20,000 nucleotides of DNA from an uncultured virus (IMG/VR IMGVR_UViG_3300042375_000779) (lineage: Duplodnaviria > Heunggongvirae > Uroviricota > Caudoviricetes): IMG/VR virus record IMGVR_UViG_3300042375_000779; one strand, 5' to 3'. Of this stretch, positions 14,351 to 20,000 are shown one piece after another; within the stretch, counting starts at the first letter, position 1, and every line of letters begins with the position of its first letter. The position numbers and the translations under genes are program-made. The notes beneath the pieces are model-generated. The model made no database searches, had not been told where the DNA came from, and saw nothing but the letters and a program-made list of their open reading frames with translations.

Positions 14351-14944
14351 TTAATGAATTGCTTTACAGAATATATCGGAAACTTTTTCAGATATATTTG
14401 ATTCTTTTATTGCTTGTCCTACCATATTTCCCGCCATAACACTTAAACCGTCTTTTAATCCTAATTGATATGAATTACTATCCACACCAATTTCACCACC
14501 AGCAATACTTCTAAACATAACGATTAAAATACCGTCAGCTATTTGTGGAAACGATTGAATACAAGATTGTTCATCTTTAAAAGGTCTTAATAAATCTAAT
14601 GGATTAACATTTGCCATAAATTGAGCAAACATTCTTGAGAATGTTGCGTTAGCGCCTAACACCTCTTGCATTACAAATTTTATAATGTATTCCTTTGCGG
14701 TAGTTAAAATACTGTCACCAAGAACACCCTTCCAATCAACACTATTCATTTTGTTGTAAATGTCAGACGCTTCAATTTCTTCAATGGTATAACCGTCATT
14801 CATTAAATTAGATGTAGTAATCAAATACTTTTCTAATAAAGTATTTTTGTCTGTAATACCACTTAAAGAAGAAAGAGATTCGTTTAACTTTCGTTTACGT
14901 TCTTCTAATAGGTTTGATTTTATTATTACTCTTATCTCTTTCAT
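14351..14944 (-). CDS. Hypothetical helical protein
   Basis: 197-aa ORF tightly packed in the minus-strand operon. Confidence 0.75.
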   Translation of the reverse strand: MKEIRVIIKSNLLEERKRKLNESLSSLSGITDKNTLLEKYLITTSNLMNDGYTIEEIEASDIYNKMNSVDWKGVLGDSILTTAKEYIIKFVMQEVLGANATFSRMFAQFMANVNPLDLLRPFKDEQSCIQSFPQIADGILIVMFRSIAGGEIGVDSNSYQLGLKDGLSVMAGNMVGQAIKESNISEKVSDIFCKAIH

Positions 14945-14947
14945 ATA

Positions 14948-17047
14948 TTATTTTTGTAACCAAACATATTTTTCACCGTAATCCTTAGTTTTTTGTTTAA
15001 TTCTCTCATAACCGTTAGCAGATAAGATACCATCCAACTTACCAAGAATTTCACTACTTAATTCGTCTCCCTTGTATTTTACTCTTTTTGTTGCCGCTAT
15101 AACTGTTCCATCTTCCAATGTCGTTTCACTAGCGTCACCTCTTATATTACCAGCTTCTTTAAATAAATTATAATAATCAACCGGTGGTCTGTTTGATTGA
15201 ATCATTTTTTCAATTTGACTAGTGTCAATTGGTTTTATATTTACAGGAGCCAAACTACTCATTTTTAATCCCGAAGATTTTATTGTTTCAATAGGAGTTG
15301 TATCTAATTTTTTTATTACCGTTGGGTTACAATTTCCTTTAACGGCATCGTACACATCTTTACTTATACCTTTTGACGTATCGTACTTATTGTCTACCAA
15401 CGCTTTCATTGTATTAGGTCCAAATTTACTGTCATCTGTAACTCCTAAACATTTTTGTATCTCAGCAATTTTAGATGATTTACAACCATATTCTAATGGG
15501 AAGTCTTTAGATTCACAATCGTGATATATACTTTTCTTTTTCACTACAGTTCCGCCGCCTCCGCCACCATCATCTGTTTTCTTATCCTTATCCCAAGTTA
15601 TTACTGTACCCGTACCTCCACCATCTGGTGTTGGTGCTGGTGGTGTCACCACCGCGGCACCACTTTCAATTTGTGAAATTAAACTTAACATTGTTCTTTT
15701 AGCTCTTGAAGAAGATGCTGCCGTTGTCATAATATAACCCAATGATTTTTTTAAATCACCACCACCCACACCAGCTTCTTTATAAGATAATAAGAATTCT
15801 TTACCCATTGGACTCGCCGCATATTTTTGAACCATTTTCAACGCATCTTGCATATTACCACCCGTTACTGGGAAATCTAATAAGTCAATCATTGTTTCAA
15901 CATCATCATCAACTTCAGCCTCAGTTTGTTCTTTTAATAATCTTTCTCTTAATATTCTACCAACCACTTCATTAATTGTTGGTTTAACTACCTCCGCGTC
16001 TTTACAAACGTATGTTCCTTTATCACCATTTGCTACGTTCAAAACTTTACCATCTGGGTAATATTGAAGACCTCCAGGAAAATCGGCAGGTTTAACAAGC
16101 ACACTTACCTCACCTGTTGCACTTGTTTCTATGGTACCTTCTTTTGAATCAATCATTTGTTTAATACAAGGTAACCAATCACCTTCTACCTTTGTATCAT
16201 CGATTGGATTACCGTTTTCATCTACAAGGACTGTTGATGAATCGTCTGTCGCTGGAAAGAAATAATATAATGCTGCAATACCTAAACCAGCGGCAATTAA
16301 AGCCGATTTTATTTTATTATTAACAATAACTTTTTTAATCGTACCAGGGAATTTCTTTAATTGTTCTTTAGTCATTGAGAAAATCCCTGTCTTAGTTTGA
16401 ACCACGACATTTGGACCAACTCCACCAGCAATAGTTGCTCCAGTACCTGTTGTTACTTTAGCTTCACCACTAATTAATTTTTGAATTTTACCCACCGTCA
16501 TTTTATCCATACCAGCAATTGCCTTTTGAGCTTCCGTCCATTTGGTTTGGGCTTTAACGTTAGCCTTTAATTCTTTTGTTGCAGCCTTTAAATCTGCTTG
16601 AGTTGCTTTACCTAAATTAACGTCTTTTGTTACTTTATTAACAGTACTCGTTGAAGTTTTAACGGCATCATCACTTAAAGTTTTACCAAGTGCTGCTCTT
16701 TCCGCAACTTCTTTTTCTATTCCATTTTGAACATCGTTTACTAATTTTTTAGCGGCATTTGCATCAAATTTGTTTAATTCTATAAATGTTTTTTGATATT
16801 TAACTCTACAAGCTTCGGCGGTTAAATCCTTAAGCGCAGTTGCAAATTCTGGAGTTTTACGTAATGCTGAAACTGTAAATTTTGATCCACCCTTAACTAT
16901 ATCATTTACTGCTTTAGTTAATATTGCTTCAGCGGCGATACCGATACTACTTTTGAATCCTTTACCAAATATGGCTCTTAAAAATTCATTAAGTGCTCCT
17001 TCAGTTAATAGTGTTGATTTGTTATTGTTTTCCATATTATTATTCAT
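14948..17047 (-). CDS. Large hypothetical protein with a TM segment and a peptidoglycan-binding-like motif
   Basis: 699-aa ORF. TM SALIAAGLGIAALYYFF; KIAEIQKCLGVTDDSKFGPNTMKAL resembles PG_binding_1; Gly/Pro linkers. Confidence 0.7.
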   Translation of the reverse strand: MNNNMENNNKSTLLTEGALNEFLRAIFGKGFKSSIGIAAEAILTKAVNDIVKGGSKFTVSALRKTPEFATALKDLTAEACRVKYQKTFIELNKFDANAAKKLVNDVQNGIEKEVAERAALGKTLSDDAVKTSTSTVNKVTKDVNLGKATQADLKAATKELKANVKAQTKWTEAQKAIAGMDKMTVGKIQKLISGEAKVTTGTGATIAGGVGPNVVVQTKTGIFSMTKEQLKKFPGTIKKVIVNNKIKSALIAAGLGIAALYYFFPATDDSSTVLVDENGNPIDDTKVEGDWLPCIKQMIDSKEGTIETSATGEVSVLVKPADFPGGLQYYPDGKVLNVANGDKGTYVCKDAEVVKPTINEVVGRILRERLLKEQTEAEVDDDVETMIDLLDFPVTGGNMQDALKMVQKYAASPMGKEFLLSYKEAGVGGGDLKKSLGYIMTTAASSSRAKRTMLSLISQIESGAAVVTPPAPTPDGGGTGTVITWDKDKKTDDGGGGGGTVVKKKSIYHDCESKDFPLEYGCKSSKIAEIQKCLGVTDDSKFGPNTMKALVDNKYDTSKGISKDVYDAVKGNCNPTVIKKLDTTPIETIKSSGLKMSSLAPVNIKPIDTSQIEKMIQSNRPPVDYYNLFKEAGNIRGDASETTLEDGTVIAATKRVKYKGDELSSEILGKLDGILSANGYERIKQKTKDYGEKYVWLQK

Positions 17048-17053
17048 ATTTTT

Positions 17054-18205
17054 TTATTGTATTACGGCATATGACAGTATTGCGTCACCTTCTTCGTCAG
17101 AAAATTTAGCCTTACCTAAACCTGTTTTATCTTTTATTTTTTGATCAAATTTAGCAATTGCGGTTCCAACTTTATTATCCGTATCAAATTTTTCGATTCC
17201 TTTCTCAATACCCTTACCTGCTCCATAAACCACCACACCCGCAGCTGTTGCTTTTGCCCCTTCTTTAGATAATAACTTACTTAAAAATTCTCCAGCCTTA
17301 GTTAATATATTTTCAATAAATCCTAAAATTTTACCTATAACTCCACCCACACTTGGTCCTAATTTTTTACTTAAGGTTTCAGCAACACCTTTTAAAGAAC
17401 TCTTTAATCCGGGAATTTTTTGAATTAACCCTTCAGCCATTTTAACTGCTGTTGGACCTGCCTTTGATAATCCTTGTTTAGCAACAACCGCAGCACTTTT
17501 TCTCATCGCTAACGCAGCAACCCCACTAAAAATACAACCTAACATATCGGCGAATAAAAAGAAGAACGGCATTTGCATTCTACCTGGGTCTTGTGGGTCA
17601 TAATCACCCGTACCAATTTCATATATGTCTAATAATACAATTACAAACCAAACTATAGCGTTTGACTTAGCCGCCAATATTGAGACGATAACATCGATTA
17701 CAATACCTACACCTGTATAAAGTCCACGTCTAACCCATCTTAATGCAGGTAATATTCCTTTATTGAATATGGTTTTAGCAACCTCAGCTGCAGCATTACC
17801 AATTTTACTTACAACGTTGGAAACTCCAGATTTAATCCAATTCCAAACACCTTCACCTTCAGAGATAACACCCTTTTCTTTAATCCATTCTAAAACTAAT
17901 TCTTTTTTCCATTCAATGGTCTCCACAATATTGTTGATGTTAGTTTTAATCTCCTCATTTAATGTTTCCATTTTGGAAATTGATTCATTAATCATTTCAT
18001 TAAAGATGTATGTATTTTCCCATATTGACCCAATTGAATTTCCGTCACCTCCAGCAACAAATACTTGATCCATAATGATCACATATTTCTCATTTTCAGT
18101 TAAAACGAAGTCAAATACAAAGTCTTTGGATTTTTTTGACTCATATAATGACCTAATCCTATTTCTCTCGGATTCAGTTATTATCATTTTACGTTGTACT
18201 ACCAT
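17054..18205 (-). CDS. Hypothetical membrane-interacting protein, probably virion-associated
   Basis: 383-aa ORF. N-terminal MIITESERNRIRSLYE; three hydrophobic helices in the middle; Ala/Gly/Lys-rich amphipathic tail. Confidence 0.7.
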   Translation of the reverse strand: MVVQRKMIITESERNRIRSLYESKKSKDFVFDFVLTENEKYVIIMDQVFVAGGDGNSIGSIWENTYIFNEMINESISKMETLNEEIKTNINNIVETIEWKKELVLEWIKEKGVISEGEGVWNWIKSGVSNVVSKIGNAAAEVAKTIFNKGILPALRWVRRGLYTGVGIVIDVIVSILAAKSNAIVWFVIVLLDIYEIGTGDYDPQDPGRMQMPFFFLFADMLGCIFSGVAALAMRKSAAVVAKQGLSKAGPTAVKMAEGLIQKIPGLKSSLKGVAETLSKKLGPSVGGVIGKILGFIENILTKAGEFLSKLLSKEGAKATAAGVVVYGAGKGIEKGIEKFDTDNKVGTAIAKFDQKIKDKTGLGKAKFSDEEGDAILSYAVIQ

Positions 18206-18222
18206 TATTCTTTTGATTTTTA

Positions 18223-18230
18223 TATAAATA
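18223..18230 (-). promoter_or_regulatory. TATTTATA motif (candidate late promoter)
   Basis: 17 nt upstream of ATG 18205. Confidence 0.5.
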
Positions 18231-18237
18231 TCCCGAT

Positions 18238-18501
18238 TTATTTAAGCGGATTAGCTTTTCCTCTTTTTAGGTTGGCACCAACAATGTCGGCCCATTTTGT
18301 AACCCCAGTTTGATTAGCAGGACCCCTTGTTATTCCACTCTCCCACTTACCAACTGCAGGGTAACCTGTTCCACCACTTTGAGTTGATGACGTACCCGCT
18401 GAAGGTTCCGCAGCTACAGGTGTTTCTTCTTCCGTTACCTCCCCATTATTCAACTCGGAGATAATCTTTTTAAATTGTTCTTCTGATACCTGTAATTTCA
18501 T
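18238..18501 (-). CDS. Small hypothetical protein with a duplicated KW...RGxAN motif
   Basis: Start moved to ATG 18501 (MKLQVSEEQFKKII), with TATTTATA at 18506-18513. KWESGITRGPANQ / KWADIVGANLKRGKANP. Confidence 0.75.
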   Translation of the reverse strand: MKLQVSEEQFKKIISELNNGEVTEEETPVAAEPSAGTSSTQSGGTGYPAVGKWESGITRGPANQTGVTKWADIVGANLKRGKANPLK

Positions 18502-18535
18502 AATATATAAATATTCATAAAAAAGTTTAAATATG

Positions 18536-18566
18536 TTTGGTATATTCGAAAATATACGTATTTTTG
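18536..18566 (+). promoter_or_regulatory. Bacteroidota-type promoter
   Basis: TTTG 18536-18539, 19-nt spacer, TATTTTTG 18559-18566, ATG 18583. Confidence 0.65.
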
Positions 18567-18582
18567 TCAAAAATATAAAGAT

Positions 18583-19158
18583 ATGAAACGATTTATTCTG
18601 TTTTTAGTGATTCCACTCTTATTTGGGTGTGAAAAGTATGAATTACTAAGTCCTCCAAATTTAAGTGGAGGTAAGTGGATTCTATTCAATTATGAAATAA
18701 TACCGATAAGTGCCATATCTCCCGTTACAATTATTAAAAATGATACTATATGTATTAACTCCTTTGGGGAACAAAGCTTTGTAAGTGGAGGTATATTGAT
18801 GAGACAAAATTATTTAACAACTCAAAAAGATAGGAGATTCATTAAGGGAAGAACTACGTGGGAATTTGATGGATCGGGACAATCAAATTTTTATGGTTTA
18901 TTTTGTGATTACACACAAATGGCGGGAACTCCAAAACCAGAACCATTTTCGGTTGATTTATCAATTTATAATAAAAATATGGCAATTTATAACACTACAA
19001 ATGGGTCCAATACCAATTATACATATACCTGTAATGATGTTGGGTATCCAAGAACAATGACGTTGTTAAGTCCACCAATTGTTACCGATTTGTATATGTC
19101 CAACGGTACTAGAGATAAAGCGGTAACCGTGAGAGTTATGTTATATTTTATGAGATAA
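18583..19158 (+). CDS. Lipoprotein, possibly lipocalin-like
   Basis: Lipobox LLFG|C followed by EKYE; LSGGKWIL resembles the lipocalin-like GxW motif. Confidence 0.75.
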   Translation: MKRFILFLVIPLLFGCEKYELLSPPNLSGGKWILFNYEIIPISAISPVTIIKNDTICINSFGEQSFVSGGILMRQNYLTTQKDRRFIKGRTTWEFDGSGQSNFYGLFCDYTQMAGTPKPEPFSVDLSIYNKNMAIYNTTNGSNTNYTYTCNDVGYPRTMTLLSPPIVTDLYMSNGTRDKAVTVRVMLYFMR

Positions 19159-19159
19159 A

Positions 19160-19531
19160 TTAATCGTCGTAGATAGTTTCGTCAATTTTTGAGTACATCT
19201 TAATGAATTGACCCGCTTTAGCGTTTGCCTCATCCTCAATTTCACCACCAATATCTGGTGGTTTTGGTCCTTTTAAACGACCATCTTCCCACTGCTTGTG
19301 ATGAACCAATTCGTGAGCTAAACTCCTCATTATATCAACCAAGGCTCTATTTTTAGAACAAACCTTAATAATTTTATTTTCTTTAGTATAATCGTAGTTG
19401 GCGGTAGTTTTTAGCCCATCTCTATTGTTTTGTATAGAAATCGTAGGCACTTCCTTTAAATCAAGTTCTTTTTTAATAAACTTAACAAAGTCAGTTAACT
19501 TCTTTTTATTATCATCATTTAATGTTGCCAT
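19160..19531 (-). CDS. Small HEXXH zinc metallopeptidase-like protein
   Basis: RSLAHELVHHKQ plus downstream EDEANAKAG; TATTTATA at 19535-19542. Confidence 0.8.
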   Translation of the reverse strand: MATLNDDNKKKLTDFVKFIKKELDLKEVPTISIQNNRDGLKTTANYDYTKENKIIKVCSKNRALVDIMRSLAHELVHHKQWEDGRLKGPKPPDIGGEIEDEANAKAGQFIKMYSKIDETIYDD

Positions 19532-19542
19532 ATCTATAAATA

Positions 19543-19782
19543 CTACAAAACTATTTCGTCAGGTAGGTCGTTACTCTTTAAATATTCGTAGATTACCTCA
19601 ATTATGTAATCCTCTTCGATTTCTAGCAAATCTTCCTCGATAATAATATTTGGGGAATAGAGTTCGATATCTTCATAATCTAACTCTATTACCCTATAAA
19701 ATCCATCCTGGTCATTCTCTGTAGAAAACTCAACGTACAACCTCCTGTTGTCTTCGTTGTAAAAATATTCGTGTATTGTCAT
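19543..19782 (-). CDS. Small, very acidic hypothetical protein (79 aa)
   Basis: Likely start ATG 19782 (MTIHEYF); about 24 D/E against 4 K/R. Confidence 0.65.
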   Translation of the reverse strand: MTIHEYFYNEDNRRLYVEFSTENDQDGFYRVIELDYEDIELYSPNIIIEEDLLEIEEDYIIEVIYEYLKSNDLPDEIVL

Positions 19783-19867
19783 TTTTAAACACCAATAATT
19801 ATATTGTTTTTTTATAAAAAACAATATAATGTAGATTAATTAAGATAAAATAGATATACTTAAATGT

Positions 19868-20000
19868 ATGGACTGGTATATTGTGGAATTTCTTTACCCT
19901 CAAGCCTTTGAAAGGTTCCAGGATAAAATGTTTCCAAATCTTGGAATTATAAGTTTGTCAATACTCGAATGTTATGACACTAAGAAGTTATTTGGTTTTT
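19868..20000 (+). CDS. Hypothetical protein, partial (runs off the window)
   Basis: ATG 19868; MDWYIVEFLYPQAFERFQDKMFPNLGIISLSILECYDTKKLFGF... open to the window end. Confidence 0.6.
   Translation, partial: MDWYIVEFLYPQAFERFQDKMFPNLGIISLSILECYDTKKLFGF

Noticed and set aside
13146..19643. ORFs 13146-13388, 13436-13798, 14213-14401, 15222-15524, 15742-15975, 16953-17144, 17763-18068, 18866-19060 and 19398-19643
   Set aside because: Antisense or alternate-frame overlaps of better-supported genes.
1..20000. CRISPR array, transposase/integrase, or stop-codon reassignment
   Set aside because: No regularly spaced direct repeats or recombinase motifs seen. Genes read intact in the standard code, with TAA, TGA and TAG all used as stops, and there is no suppressor tRNA.

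Overview
AT-rich window that most likely comes from a large (jumbo-type) phage infecting Bacteroidota. Support: repeated TTTG-N19/20-TAnnTTTG promoters, signal peptides ending in Ala/Gly-Gln, a tRNA array without rRNA, tmRNA plus smpB, and many orphan genes. Left (1-4905, minus): operon of secreted or membrane proteins with cohesin/dockerin-like modules, a C-type lectin domain and a CsgG/LptE-like protein. Centre (5087-13299, plus): a translation and ncRNA island with 11 canonical tRNAs, one 148-nt tRNA-Asp(GTC)-like RNA with a 79-nt variable arm, several unexplained stem-closed RNA modules, an ~800-nt GOLLD-like RNA, a sulfotransferase-like gene, a metallophosphoesterase, a GT2-like gene, tmRNA with a long tag, and SmpB. 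The most striking observation is a candidate leader-peptide attenuator (31-codon uORF, antiterminator, intrinsic terminator) directly ahead of the tRNA array. Its putative stall window is rich in codons read by the first four tRNAs. Right (13423-20000): probable virion-associated genes preceded by a TATTTATA motif, a lipoprotein, a HEXXH peptidase and small hypothetical genes. All family calls come from motif recognition by eye, not database searches.
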